A stretch of DNA of 64,000 bases from Bacillales bacterium (GCA_029257405.1 JARIBO010000041.1:11688-75687), one strand, 5' to 3'. Counted from the stretch's first letter, positions 43,093-53,074 are shown. The notes: generated by a model from the letters alone, not told the origin. Made by a program: numbers and translations.

Positions 43093-43117
43093 TAGTAGTG
43101 TAATTTGACACAAAAAA

Positions 43118-43161
43118 ATAAACCTATAATATCTTTGTTGATGTTATAGGCTTATTTTTTT
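43118..43161 (+). terminator. Rho-independent terminator
   Basis: ATAAACCTATAA-N14-TTATAGGCTTAT (1 mismatch) followed by seven T. Confidence 0.7.
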
Positions 43162-43219
43162 GTTTGTTTATCTGAATTTTCTGATATATAATAAAAAGAC
43201 ATTAAAAAGGAGGAAAGAT

Positions 43220-44800
43220 ATGCTTAAACTAAATGATACGGATACTAAAATGATTCAAAGAGCTAGAAGGAATACATTAGGTGACTTACTTACTCGAACC
43301 TCAGCGCGAGTTCCAGATAAACAAGCATTTATTTATCAAAAGAGACAAGTTACATACAAAAAGTTAGATGAACTCGTAAATAAAACTGCTAATGGTTTAA
43401 TGAATGACGGAATTAAAAAAGGAGATCGTTTAGCTATTTTATCTAAGAATAGTTTAGATTTCGTTATTGTGATGTTTGCTGTTGCACGTATTGGTGCAGT
43501 ATTTATACCAATTAATTATATGTTAAAAAATAAAGATATAGCTTACATATTAAATCACGCAGAAGTAACTGGTCTCTTTGCCTCAGACGCGTATACAGAT
43601 ATTTTAGATGAAGCGATTATTGAAGCTAATATAAAAAATCCGATTTGTTATCTTACAGAAGCAGACGCTTCAAAAGAATCCTGGAAATCACTCAAAAAAT
43701 TACAGTCTGATAATCACGATAAAATTATTGAAGTTAATATACTAGACGACGATTTAGCTCAAGTTTTATATACAAGCGGTACTGAATCAAAACCAAAGGG
43801 AGTTATGTTATCGCATAAAAGTATTATTAGTGAATACGTAAGTTGTATTGTAGACGGAAAAATGAGTGATTCAGACTTGCTTGTGCATGCATTACCTTTT
43901 TATCATAGTGCACAATTACATGTATTTCTAGGTCCGAGCATTTACTTAGGGGCGAGTGGAATTATTTTAGATGAAGTAACACCAACATCAATTATGAAAA
44001 CGATTGCAAGTTACGGGGCATCTCAGTTATTTGCTCCACCGACGGTCTGGATTGCCATGTTACGTGATGAAAAATTCGAAACGTATAATTTATCGACACT
44101 AAAAAAATGTTATTACGGAGCTGCAATTATGCCAAGAGAGATATTAAGAGAACTTTCAAATCGGCTCCCAAATGCTCTTTTTTGGAACTTTTATGGTCAA
44201 ACAGAAGTAGCACCACTTGCTACTGCATTACAACCAGAAGATCAACTAAGAAAGCTAGGTTCAGCAGGAAAAGCAACCTTACATGTCGAAACAAAAATAG
44301 TCGATGAAAATGATGATGAAATTGCTAGAGGAGAAGTAGGAGAAATAGTCCACCGGACACCACACGCAATGCTAGGTTATTTAAATGATCCAGAAAAAAC
44401 AAAAGAAGTGTTTAAGAATGGATGGTTTCATAGTGGAGACCTCGGTGAAATGGATGAAGAGGGTTATATAACAATTGTCGACCGAAAAAAAGATATTATT
44501 AATACAGGCGGAGTGAGTGTTGCAAGTCGTGAAGTAGAAGAAGTTATTTATCAGTTAAAAGAAGTGTCTGAAGTTGCAGTTATCGGTATACAAGATGATT
44601 ACTGGATTGAAGCAATTACAGCCGTTGTCGTTTTAAAAGATAATCATCAACTATCAGAAGATAAAATAAAAACGTATTGTCATGATAATTTGTCGTCGTT
44701 TAAATCACCAAAACACGTCTACTTTAAAGAGACATTACCTAAAAACCCAAGTGGAAAAGTATTGAAGAAAGATTTGAGAAATGAATATCAAACTAAATGA
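43220..44800 (+). CDS. Acyl-CoA synthetase (AMP-forming, ANL superfamily)
   Basis: LYTSGTESKPKGV, GWFHSGDLG, PKNPSGKVLK. Start ATG 43220 after AGGAGG; the listed longer ORF overlaps the upstream terminator. Confidence 0.85.
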   Translation: MLKLNDTDTKMIQRARRNTLGDLLTRTSARVPDKQAFIYQKRQVTYKKLDELVNKTANGLMNDGIKKGDRLAILSKNSLDFVIVMFAVARIGAVFIPINYMLKNKDIAYILNHAEVTGLFASDAYTDILDEAIIEANIKNPICYLTEADASKESWKSLKKLQSDNHDKIIEVNILDDDLAQVLYTSGTESKPKGVMLSHKSIISEYVSCIVDGKMSDSDLLVHALPFYHSAQLHVFLGPSIYLGASGIILDEVTPTSIMKTIASYGASQLFAPPTVWIAMLRDEKFETYNLSTLKKCYYGAAIMPREILRELSNRLPNALFWNFYGQTEVAPLATALQPEDQLRKLGSAGKATLHVETKIVDENDDEIARGEVGEIVHRTPHAMLGYLNDPEKTKEVFKNGWFHSGDLGEMDEEGYITIVDRKKDIINTGGVSVASREVEEVIYQLKEVSEVAVIGIQDDYWIEAITAVVVLKDNHQLSEDKIKTYCHDNLSSFKSPKHVYFKETLPKNPSGKVLKKDLRNEYQTK

Positions 44801-44838
44801 ATGACGTCTTCATATTAAGTTTTACTAAGGAGGAAGAA

Positions 44839-45018
44839 ATGCTTAATCGATTAAAATGTAATGCGTGTCATAAACTTATTAAATATAAAGACTTTGTCTA
44901 TTTAGATATGTTAAATTCAGTTATTCATCAACGTTGTTATACACCTATTTTTGATGTAAAAGATAAAGGAATATTTCAAGAAGTGATGAAGAAATATCCC
45001 TTGTTTGAAGAATGGTAA
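44839..45018 (+). CDS. 59-aa Cys/His-containing small protein (CxxC...HxxC, possible zinc ribbon)
   Basis: SD AAGGAGG 7 nt before ATG 44839. An alternative ATG at 44797 forms an ATGA overlap with the ligase stop. CNAC and HQRC pairs are 19 residues apart. Confidence 0.45.
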   Translation: MLNRLKCNACHKLIKYKDFVYLDMLNSVIHQRCYTPIFDVKDKGIFQEVMKKYPLFEEW

Positions 45019-45102
45019 ATAATAATTTATAAAAAGATTAAAATGATAATAATATACTGGTAAAATATATCTATTAAAAGAAAATATGGTAGGTGAAATT
45101 TT

Positions 45103-45273
45103 ATGGAAGACCAGTATTTTATTGGTTGGGGTACACTTATGCTTATCAATGCAGGGATTGCTCAAGGAAAAAACAGGTCAGGACTTAATTGGTTCTTTAT
45201 TTCATTATTTTTAGGACCAATTGCAACATTTATTTTAGTGATGTTAGAGAAGCTTCCAGAAGGAGGTAGATAA
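45103..45273 (+). CDS. 56-aa two-TM small membrane protein (not in ORF track)
   Basis: My translation: MEDQYFIGWGTLMLINAGIAQGKNRSGLNWFFISLFLGPIATFILVMLEKLPEGGR. SD GGTAGGTGA upstream. Its 3' end carries the SD of the next gene. Confidence 0.5.
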   Translation: MEDQYFIGWGTLMLINAGIAQGKNRSGLNWFFISLFLGPIATFILVMLEKLPEGGR

Positions 45274-45274
45274 A

Positions 45275-45667
45275 ATGCATCCTATTACTAAAAAACGTTT
45301 AAAAGCTTATTTTATTGATTTTGCTATTGCAAGTGTAGTGACGCTAGGAATAGAATCCATTTTACGTAAAAAAATAAAAAATGAAGTGGTTTATATTATT
45401 GTTACACCTCTAGTTATCCCGTTTTCTCTTGAGTATTTACAGTTAAAAAGAAGTGGTCAAACTATCGGATACAAAACTTCTGGTTTAATTCTTGAAAGCT
45501 TAATTACAAGAGAGTTAACAAGAGAACAAATTGTCAAACGAACCTTTTATAGTCAACTAGTAAGCCCATTTAAATATTTAGCGCATCCTCGTAAATATTG
45601 GAAAAGTGAAGGACAAATATTACCACATGACCGAGTAGCAAAGACAATTGTAAGCGAAATTGATTAA
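45275..45667 (+). CDS. RDD-family-like membrane protein
   Basis: N-terminal KRLKAYFIDFAIASVV typical of RDD domains. Start 1 nt after the preceding stop. Confidence 0.5.
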   Translation: MHPITKKRLKAYFIDFAIASVVTLGIESILRKKIKNEVVYIIVTPLVIPFSLEYLQLKRSGQTIGYKTSGLILESLITRELTREQIVKRTFYSQLVSPFKYLAHPRKYWKSEGQILPHDRVAKTIVSEID

Positions 45668-45681
45668 TTAAGTTATGATTA

Positions 45682-45724
45682 AAAAGCCCCTATTAAATAA
45701 AATTTATTTAATAGGGGATTTTGT
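45682..45724. terminator. Bidirectional rho-independent terminator
   Basis: CCCCTATTAAATAAA-N1-TTTATTTAATAGGGG with flanking A and T runs. Confidence 0.8.
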
Positions 45725-45727
45725 AAT

Positions 45728-46201
45728 TTAAATTACATCATAAATAATATGATATGGTTTTTCGCTTACAGTGTTCTCTTTTTGTTTTAAACCTTCATCA
45801 GTATCGCGTTTTTTATGTGCTTTATGGTAAGCACCAGAAGTTTGCCAATCTTTAAAAGCTTGAGTAGAATCCCATTGTGTTAATACAACGTATGTATTAT
45901 CACTTAGTGGTCTAAGTACTTTTATTGCAATGAATCCTGGCGTGCTTTCAATCGCACGTGCTCTATTTAAAAAACGTTCTTCAAAAGCATCTTTACCATC
46001 TTCAGCAATAGGAATATTGTTTAAGACAATTGTTCCTTTCGTTTGTAACTCACCGTTTTCATCAATTGCTTTGTAGTTCTTAGCATCAGAAACTTCGTCT
46101 TTTGTATTATATAAATAGAGTAAATCATTTTCTTGTTTGATTTTTATTGCCTGTATCTCATTTGTCTGGGGTTCTTGTTTTGAAATAATAAAGTAACTCA
46201 A
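45728..46201 (-). CDS. ABM-domain monooxygenase (HmoB-like putative heme-degrading enzyme)
   Basis: C-terminal ABM ferredoxin-like domain (FEERFLNRA...VLTQWDSTQAFKDW) with an N-terminal extension as in B. subtilis HmoB. Confidence 0.55.
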   Translation of the reverse strand: MSYFIISKQEPQTNEIQAIKIKQENDLLYLYNTKDEVSDAKNYKAIDENGELQTKGTIVLNNIPIAEDGKDAFEERFLNRARAIESTPGFIAIKVLRPLSDNTYVVLTQWDSTQAFKDWQTSGAYHKAHKKRDTDEGLKQKENTVSEKPYHIIYDVI

Positions 46202-46404
46202 GTTGGATGCACTCCTTTTAATTAAATTTCAAATTAAGTATAACACAAATGAGTACTAATCTTTAAAAAATGAAAAATTATTATACATTATATGTAAAAA
46301 CAATATTGTATAATAGAAGTTGTTAAGATATAATGTAGTAAGATAACAGAATATTCAGTTATTAAAACTTAACTAGCCTAAAATAAAAATAGGGGGTAAT
46401 GAGT

Positions 46405-47205
46405 ATGCAAAAGAAATACGGTATGAGAATATTACTACTCGTTTTAACTAGTTTACTATTTGTTTTAGTAAGTTGCGGAGGCGAATCTGATTCAACAAAT
46501 GAAACAGGTTCAGACACCAACAAAGAAGAACAGAAAAAACTTATTGCAGGTACTGACGCAACATATGCGCCAATGGAGTCAATGGACAAAAATGGAGAAA
46601 TTGTCGGAATAGATATCGATATTGTTAATGCAATTGCAAAAGCTGCTGATTTTGAAGTGGAGTTTAAAAATATAGGTTGGGAACCCTTATTTCCAGCGGT
46701 AGATAATGATGAAGTCGATTTTGCTGTTTCATCGATTACTATTACAGATAAACGAGAAGAATCATTTGATTTTACAGAGCCATATTACGTAGCTAACCAA
46801 ATTATTTTAGTCCCAGAAGATTCTGATATTAAAGAATTTGCCGATCTTAAAGATAGAAAAGTATCTGCACAAATTAATACAACAGGTCACATCGTTATAC
46901 AAGATTTATTAGGAAAAACAAGTAAAAATATTGTAGCAGCAGAAACAATGCCATTTGCAATTGAAGAAATGTTAAATGGAAATGCAGAAGCATCTGTTGG
47001 TGATAATTCAACAATTAACGAATATATTAAAAATAATCCCGATGTAAAAGCTAAAGCAATTGAAGATGACAGTTTCGAAAAAGAATATTATGGTTTAATG
47101 GTTAAAAAAGAAAATACAGAAGTCTTAGAATTATTAAATGAAGGTATTGAAAAGATAAAAGAAAGTGGTGAATTAGAAGAAATCACAGGTATCGCTGTTG
47201 AGTAA
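46405..47205 (+). CDS. Polar amino acid ABC transporter substrate-binding lipoprotein (family 3)
   Basis: Lipobox LVSCG. GTDATYAPME and ITITDKREESFDFTEPYY motifs. ATG 46405 lies 7 nt after GGGGGT. Confidence 0.85.
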   Translation: MQKKYGMRILLLVLTSLLFVLVSCGGESDSTNETGSDTNKEEQKKLIAGTDATYAPMESMDKNGEIVGIDIDIVNAIAKAADFEVEFKNIGWEPLFPAVDNDEVDFAVSSITITDKREESFDFTEPYYVANQIILVPEDSDIKEFADLKDRKVSAQINTTGHIVIQDLLGKTSKNIVAAETMPFAIEEMLNGNAEASVGDNSTINEYIKNNPDVKAKAIEDDSFEKEYYGLMVKKENTEVLELLNEGIEKIKESGELEEITGIAVE

Positions 47206-47255
47206 ATATTAAATAATGAATTGCTTTTAATGATACTCAAATGGGAGGTGATACT

Positions 47256-47975
47256 GTGGATTTCCTCAATATAAGATTTGATATTATTTGGGATTATAAA
47301 GACTTATTTATTAGAGGAATTGGTGTGACGTTGGCACTTACATTTGTCGGTTATTTATCGGGTATTGTTTTAGGCTTATTTATTGGAATGGGTCGTTTAT
47401 CAAAGAAATGGTGGCTCCATTATCCAAGTAAGCTTTATATCGATTTCTTTCGTGGGACACCTTTACTCGTTCAAATTTTACTTATTCATTTAGCTTTAAT
47501 ACCAACAATTTTCGGTCAATCACAAGGTTTTTTTGTTTCAGGTGCATTAGCGCTAGCTTTAAATTGTGGAGCTTACAATGCAGAAATTATTCGTGCAGGG
47601 ATTCAATCGATTGATAAAGGTCAAATGGAAGCAGCGAGATCACTTGGTATGCCAGGTTCAATTGCAATGATGTATATTATATTACCTCAAGCATTAAGAC
47701 GGATGGTGCCACCACTTGGAAATGAACTTATTGCTTTACTAAAAGATTCTTCATTAGTTACGGTCATTGCTGCAAATGATTTATTATATGCAGGTAAAGT
47801 TGTAGCAGGTGCTTACTTTAGATTTTGGGAACCATATATTACTGTCGCGATATTATACTTAATGCTAACTTATGTTTTTACAAAAGTAATCGCCTATGTA
47901 GAAAGACGCTTAAGTATTGATTATGTACCTACAGAAAGACGGATGTTCTCGTTTGGTCGTTCAAGAGGGGGTTAA
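47256..47975 (+). CDS. Polar amino acid ABC transporter permease
   Basis: HEQRo-family permease with EAA loop (EAARSLGM). GTG 47256 after GGAGGTGA. Confidence 0.85.
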   Translation: MDFLNIRFDIIWDYKDLFIRGIGVTLALTFVGYLSGIVLGLFIGMGRLSKKWWLHYPSKLYIDFFRGTPLLVQILLIHLALIPTIFGQSQGFFVSGALALALNCGAYNAEIIRAGIQSIDKGQMEAARSLGMPGSIAMMYIILPQALRRMVPPLGNELIALLKDSSLVTVIAANDLLYAGKVVAGAYFRFWEPYITVAILYLMLTYVFTKVIAYVERRLSIDYVPTERRMFSFGRSRGG

Positions 47976-47977
47976 CC

Positions 47978-48700
47978 ATGATTAAAGTAGAAGGACTCTA
48001 TAAATCATTTGGTAATTTAGAAGTATTAAGAGGAATTGATTGTGAAGTAGAAGAAAAAGAAGTTGTCTGTGTAATCGGGCCAAGTGGATCTGGAAAAAGT
48101 ACATTCCTTCGGTGCATTAATCTCTTAGAAGACATTACAAGTGGATCTGTCTATATTAATAATGTTAAAGTAAATGATGAAAAAACAAATATTAATGAAT
48201 TAAGAGAAGATGTAGGGATGGTTTTTCAACAATTCAACTTATTTCCTCACCTACGTGTAATAGATAATATAACAATTTCGCCTCGAAAAATTAGAAAGAT
48301 GAATCCAGCAGATGCTGAAAAATTAGCCTTAGAATTACTTGCAAAAGTCGGTTTAAGTGAAAAGGCAAAAGCATATCCTGAACAGCTCTCAGGTGGACAA
48401 ATGCAAAGAGTTGCTATAGCCCGTGCATTAGCGATGAAACCAAAAGTAATGTTATTTGATGAACCAACGTCATCACTCGATCCAGAAATGGTAAAAGAAG
48501 TTTTAGATGTGATGAAAGGATTGGCTAAAGAAGGCATGACAATGATGGTTGTGACACATGAAATGAATTTTGCACGTGATGTAGCTGACCGCGTATTTTT
48601 TTTAGATGAAGGAAAACTAGTTGAAGAAGGAACACCAGAAGAAATATTCCATCATCCTAAACAAAAGCGGACTCAAGCATTTTTAGGCGAAATGTTATAA
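47978..48700 (+). CDS. Polar amino acid ABC transporter ATP-binding protein
   Basis: Walker [36 protein letters not shown]. Confidence 0.9.
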   Translation: MIKVEGLYKSFGNLEVLRGIDCEVEEKEVVCVIGPSGSGKSTFLRCINLLEDITSGSVYINNVKVNDEKTNINELREDVGMVFQQFNLFPHLRVIDNITISPRKIRKMNPADAEKLALELLAKVGLSEKAKAYPEQLSGGQMQRVAIARALAMKPKVMLFDEPTSSLDPEMVKEVLDVMKGLAKEGMTMMVVTHEMNFARDVADRVFFLDEGKLVEEGTPEEIFHHPKQKRTQAFLGEML

Positions 48701-48706
48701 TTGATG

Positions 48707-48756
48707 AAACCTTATCAGGAAGATATTATAAATCTTTCTTAATAAGGTTTTTTTAT
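48707..48756 (+). terminator. Rho-independent terminator
   Basis: AAACCTTAT...ATAAGGTTT with inner pairing, followed by six T. Confidence 0.65.
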
Positions 48757-48840
48757 TAAGCGTTTATAAAGTAAATCTTACAAGATGCAAAAAGGAAGAT
48801 AAATCTGATAGAATAAAGATAAGTGAACAGGAGTGATTAA

Positions 48841-49386
48841 ATGGAAGATAAAAAAATAAAAGTAGTTGCCGTTGCAGGCGAACTGACTGGATGGAAAGTA
48901 ACGATTGCTTTACATGAACTGTTACTATCAATGAAGAAAATAGAACCTAATATAACAACAGAATTAATTGAAATGAAAGAATATGATGTTGAGTTTGTTA
49001 CAGGAGAACCGCTATCTTATTATAATGATGACACATGGGAAGTCGTTAGTAAAATATCTGCAGCAGATATCGTTATTTTTGGTACGCCAATTTACCAAGC
49101 ATCAATTACAGGTGCGTTAAAAAATTTATTTGACCATTTCCCAGTAGATGCTTTTAATAGAAAAGTAACAGGTATGGTTACAGTCGGTGGGGTTGAAAAA
49201 CATTTTTTAGTTTCTGAATATCAATTAAGACCAATCCTATCTTACTTAAAAGGATTAGTTCCGCGTCGTAATGTATTTGTACATAGTGATTCGTTTAGTG
49301 AAATAAATGAAATTGTAGATGAGAGCGTACTTCCGCGGATTAAACTAATGGCAGAAGAAATGTTACAGCTTCAAAAGTGTGTTTAA
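48841..49386 (+). CDS. NAD(P)H-dependent FMN reductase-family flavodoxin-like protein
   Basis: Flavodoxin-like fold pattern (VVAVAG..., IVIFGTPIYQASITGALKN). Confidence 0.6.
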   Translation: MEDKKIKVVAVAGELTGWKVTIALHELLLSMKKIEPNITTELIEMKEYDVEFVTGEPLSYYNDDTWEVVSKISAADIVIFGTPIYQASITGALKNLFDHFPVDAFNRKVTGMVTVGGVEKHFLVSEYQLRPILSYLKGLVPRRNVFVHSDSFSEINEIVDESVLPRIKLMAEEMLQLQKCV

Positions 49387-49390
49387 AAGT

Positions 49391-49813
49391 TTAATTTAAA
49401 GACTGGTAATAATCAGTCATAAAACGATTGGTAATTTGACCATCTTTTACTTTGTATACTTTGTAACTAATCATTGCTTCATCGTTATAAGGCACGATAA
49501 AATCGACAAAATCATCTGAATGTAAATAAATAATATGTGCTTTTGTAGGCATAAAAGCAGTTTGATCTCCTCTCATCCGCACATATTTTACCCGGTCAAA
49601 ATATTTAAAAAGTATATCTATTTTTGATTTATCCGTGGTTTGTTTTGTAACACCACCAAATTCCATCGTTACTTTAACCACATCTTTTTGGTGTACTGTT
49701 AGTGTTTCTTGAAAAGATTTTTTTCGATAATCGGAGTGTAAGAAAGCGAAAGTCACTAAAGTAGCAATCATTAAGATACTTATTATAATTATAATCCGCT
49801 GCATTAGACTCAT
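49391..49813 (-). CDS. Membrane-anchored protein of unknown function
   Basis: N-terminal TM (IIIIISILMIATLVTFAFL) followed by about 110-aa beta-rich domain. No family recognised. Confidence 0.5.
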   Translation of the reverse strand: MSLMQRIIIIISILMIATLVTFAFLHSDYRKKSFQETLTVHQKDVVKVTMEFGGVTKQTTDKSKIDILFKYFDRVKYVRMRGDQTAFMPTKAHIIYLHSDDFVDFIVPYNDEAMISYKVYKVKDGQITNRFMTDYYQSLN

Positions 49814-49930
49814 CCTTTTTAAGTTAAGTCAATTAAATTAGCTAAACAGCACAAGTTTTATGTTTATCTTATTATAATCTTTTAAATCTGCTTTGTCATA
49901 TATATTTTGCGTGTTTTAAGGGAGGATTTT

Positions 49931-50410
49931 ATGAAATCAAACAAATCTAAAAGTGACTATCTTAACGGTACTGTTTATACAATTACGCTTATAATCTTTA
50001 TTGTAATTGGTCTAGGTATTTACTATATGTATTTATCGAATGATCTTTTCAGGATGATTGGAACAATTATTGTAGCAGCTATTATCCATTTTATAATATA
50101 TTTTTTAGGAGCATTATATATTAATTTAGGTGAAGAAGGTCCTTTCGTAAAACAATACAACAAAATAATGGAAGATTATGAGCAAACAGATAATCCACAA
50201 ATGCTTTATGAAGGACTCATAAATATAAAACACTCACCTGTTAAAGAAGAAACAAAAAATGCCTATAACCTCAGTATGTCCACAGCACTACACCGTATTA
50301 AGCGGACAAAAGAAGCATTAACTTATTTAGATAAAATAGAAACTGATAATCACAATTTAAAGAAGATTGTCGATGAACAAAGAAAGTATTTTAAAGGTGA
50401 TAAACACTAA
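49931..50410 (+). CDS. 2-TM membrane protein with helical C-terminal domain, unknown function
   Basis: ATG 49931 follows AAGGGAGGA. Two TM segments followed by about 90 aa of helical region. Confidence 0.5.
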   Translation: MKSNKSKSDYLNGTVYTITLIIFIVIGLGIYYMYLSNDLFRMIGTIIVAAIIHFIIYFLGALYINLGEEGPFVKQYNKIMEDYEQTDNPQMLYEGLINIKHSPVKEETKNAYNLSMSTALHRIKRTKEALTYLDKIETDNHNLKKIVDEQRKYFKGDKH

Positions 50411-50442
50411 TAAAAAATGTCAATCTTTTGTCAAAAAATAAC

Positions 50443-50468
50443 GTTTAAAACTCACTTAATAAAGGTAT
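50443..50468 (+). promoter_or_regulatory. Sigma-B-type promoter upstream of hsp20
   Basis: GTTTAA-N14-AGGTAT compared with the Bacillus/Staphylococcus SigB consensus GTTTAA-N12-15-GGGTAT. About 50 nt upstream of the hsp20 ATG. Confidence 0.45.
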
Positions 50469-50519
50469 ACTAATAATAGAAGGATTACCTTCAAGGAAAA
50501 AAACAAGGAGGAAATATAA

Positions 50520-50957
50520 ATGTTTGAGTTAAAACCAAAACGCGATAATGAAGATAGTTTGGATTTTTTAAACAAAGTGTTTCAGCCTTTAAATGAATTA
50601 TTTGATCAAGGAACTGCTGTATTAGACAGTAGGTTTGCTTCTTTTAAAGCTGATGTAAAAAGATTAGATGATAAGTATGTTGTAGAAGCAGAATTGCCAG
50701 GATTTAAAAAAGATGAAATAACGTTAGACTACAATCAAAATTATTTAACGATTAAAGCAGAAACAAAATCAGAAGATGAAGTTAAAGAAGAAGGCAGAGT
50801 AATTAGACGCGAACGACACACAGGTCAATGTATTAGAAGGTTTTATGTTGAAGGTGTCGAAGAAGAACAAATTAAAGCGAAATTAGATGATGGTGTTTTA
50901 TATATTGAACTCCCACTCACAGAAAGTGAACGTGTAAACCGGATTGAAATAGAATAA
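50520..50957 (+). CDS. Small heat-shock protein (Hsp20/alpha-crystallin family)
   Basis: Alpha-crystallin domain (VVEAELPGFKKDEITL, GVLYIELP). SD AAGGAGG. Confidence 0.85.
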   Translation: MFELKPKRDNEDSLDFLNKVFQPLNELFDQGTAVLDSRFASFKADVKRLDDKYVVEAELPGFKKDEITLDYNQNYLTIKAETKSEDEVKEEGRVIRRERHTGQCIRRFYVEGVEEEQIKAKLDDGVLYIELPLTESERVNRIEIE

Positions 50958-50965
50958 ATAATAAG

Positions 50966-50999
50966 AAAACCAAGTGCTTAAATTAGCACTTGGTTTTTT
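50966..50999 (+). terminator. Rho-independent terminator
   Basis: AAAACCAAGTGCT-N6-AGCACTTGGTTTT followed by TT. Confidence 0.8.
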
Positions 51000-51107
51000 A
51001 ATCATAAATATGGAAAAAATTACTACTTATACAGTATAATAAAGAAAATAGACTAATTGTATTATTAAGAATCTATTGATAAACTTTAATAAACAAGGGG
51101 ATAATAA

Positions 51108-51818
51108 ATGAAAGGAAAAATGTTGATGGTTATTACGATTGGTATTTTATCTCTTTTTTTACTTTCCTTTTACATATTTAAACCTTCAAAAGATGAAGAA
51201 TATAAAAGTGATCAAGGATATCAAAACTTTGCCGAGTTAGCTGCAAACGAAGTTGAAAGTGAAGACTATAGGATTCATTTTGAAAGAAAAGATTCAGATG
51301 TCTTATTACTCGCTATTCACGGTGGTGGCATTGAACCTGGAACAACAGAGCTAATTAAACATTTAGCAAGTGAAAATAATTATTCGTATTATAGTTTTAA
51401 CGGAATTAAAATGTCAGGTAATCAAACAATGCATATCACCTCAACACAATATGATGAACCAGAAGCATTAAACTTAGTCGCGGAAAGTTCAATAACTATA
51501 TCTTTTCATGGATATAAAGAAGAAGTAAAGAAACATACTTACATAGGTGGATTAGATAAGAAGTTAGCTAAAAAAATGAGTGAGAAATTAAAAGAAGCAG
51601 GTTTTTCTGTCAGTGATTCTCCTAAAGAGTTTGACGGAACAAAAGAGGGAAATATCGTGAATAAAAATAAACAAAGTAAAGGTGTTCAACTCGAGATTAG
51701 TACTGCTCAAAGAGAAGCTTTTTTTAAAGACAAAGATTTATCCGCTTCTAATCGGAAACACCAAGAAGCTGACTTTTATGAATATTTACAAGCAATTGAA
51801 GCAGCTTTAGAAGATTAG
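51108..51818 (+). CDS. Poly-gamma-glutamate hydrolase-family (PghP/YjqB-like, UPF0714) protein with N-terminal TM anchor
   Basis: LLLAIHGGGIEPGTTEL and ISFHGY motifs resembling the Zn-binding H/E/H of the PghP family (from memory). Confidence 0.6.
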   Translation: MKGKMLMVITIGILSLFLLSFYIFKPSKDEEYKSDQGYQNFAELAANEVESEDYRIHFERKDSDVLLLAIHGGGIEPGTTELIKHLASENNYSYYSFNGIKMSGNQTMHITSTQYDEPEALNLVAESSITISFHGYKEEVKKHTYIGGLDKKLAKKMSEKLKEAGFSVSDSPKEFDGTKEGNIVNKNKQSKGVQLEISTAQREAFFKDKDLSASNRKHQEADFYEYLQAIEAALED

Positions 51819-51867
51819 AAAAATAAAATAACGTAATTAAAATTTAAAATAAAAAGGTGTGAGGTAA

Positions 51868-52935
51868 TTGAAAACATATCAATTAGGCGTTATGTATGGA
51901 GATGGAATTGGAGAAGAAGTTGTTAAAGCAACATTAGACGTTTTAAAAGCTGCTAATCAAATGAACGATTTAGTTAAATTAGATTTAGAAGTATTACCTA
52001 TGGGCTTAAAAGCAATTGATGAATTCGGTCATCCGTTACCAGAACAAACAAAAGAGAAATTAAGTAAAAAAGATGGTTGGATTATGGGGCCACACGATTC
52101 GGCAGCCTATCCAGATCGTTTTAATGAAGAGAGGAATCCAAGTGGTGAGCTACGTCATCATTTTGATTTATTTGCTAATATTAGACCCGCAAAATCGGTA
52201 AAAGGAATTAAGAGTTTAGTAAACGACGCAGATTTAGTAATTTACCGAGAAAATACAGAAGGATATTATCCAGATCGTAATATGTATAGTGGCGTTGGAG
52301 AATGGATGGTCACACCAGACGTTGCTCTTTCAACAGGTGTTTTTACAAGGCCTGCAATCGAACGAATCGCACGCGCTGCATTTGAAGCGGCAATGACAAG
52401 ACATAAACAAGTAACAATTGTTCATAAAGCAAACGTCATTAGGTTAGGAACAGGTCTGTTTAAAGAAGTATGTTTAGAAGTTGCAAAAGAATATCCTGAA
52501 GTAAAAGTAAACGACTTTCATGTCGATGCGATGGCTGCACACCTTGTTAAGCGTATTAGTGATTTTGATATTATTGTTACAGAAAATATGTTTGGTGATA
52601 TTTTATCAGATTTAACGGGTGAACTTGTAGGTGGACTTGGTTTATCGCCTGCAATTAATGCAAATCACACACAAGCTATGGCACAAGCAGTTCATGGTTC
52701 AGCACCAGATATTGTCGGTCAAGATATAGCAAATCCTGTTGGCGTCATGTTATCTACAGTTATGCTACTTGATTGGTTAGGTAAAAAACATCAAGATAAT
52801 CATTTAATAGATTTAGCAAAAAAAATGGAAGATGCCATATTAAGTGCATTAGAAAAAGGCAAAACGACACCTGATTTAGGCGGAACAGAGTCTACCGAAT
52901 CATTTGCTAAAGTTGTGATTAACTTACTAAACTAA
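51868..52935 (+). CDS. Isocitrate/isopropylmalate dehydrogenase-family beta-decarboxylating dehydrogenase (IPMDH/tartrate/D-malate DH-like)
   Basis: GDGIGEEV, YRENTEG, ENMFGDILSDL. TTG start after GGTGTGAGG. Confidence 0.8.
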   Translation: MKTYQLGVMYGDGIGEEVVKATLDVLKAANQMNDLVKLDLEVLPMGLKAIDEFGHPLPEQTKEKLSKKDGWIMGPHDSAAYPDRFNEERNPSGELRHHFDLFANIRPAKSVKGIKSLVNDADLVIYRENTEGYYPDRNMYSGVGEWMVTPDVALSTGVFTRPAIERIARAAFEAAMTRHKQVTIVHKANVIRLGTGLFKEVCLEVAKEYPEVKVNDFHVDAMAAHLVKRISDFDIIVTENMFGDILSDLTGELVGGLGLSPAINANHTQAMAQAVHGSAPDIVGQDIANPVGVMLSTVMLLDWLGKKHQDNHLIDLAKKMEDAILSALEKGKTTPDLGGTESTESFAKVVINLLN

Positions 52936-53074
52936 ATTTAAAATCGCTTATTCATAGAGCTTCAACCTTATTTTTTGATAATAAGATTGAGGCTTTATTT
53001 TATGGTATAATTTATTTAAATAGTCTTTATTTATAAATGATTCGCATTCATTATGGTGAATGGGAGGTATTCAG

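Noticed and set aside
43160-43219. 20-codon N-terminal extension of the acyl-CoA ligase ORF
   Set aside because: It would begin inside the T-run of the upstream terminator. A strong AGGAGG SD precedes the internal ATG at 43220.
46202-46404. T-box or amino-acid-responsive leader upstream of the amino acid ABC transporter
   Set aside because: No specifier-loop/T-box (AATTAGGGTGGTACCGCG-like) sequence and no terminator/antiterminator pair. The region looks like a simple AT-rich promoter region.
50966-50999. CIRCE (HrcA) element near hsp20, because the hairpin contains AGTGCTTAA...TTAGCACTT
   Set aside because: The half-sites are in the reverse order relative to CIRCE (TTAGCACTC-N9-GAGTGCTAA) and the spacing is wrong. 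The element lies downstream of the gene followed by a T-run, so it is a terminator.
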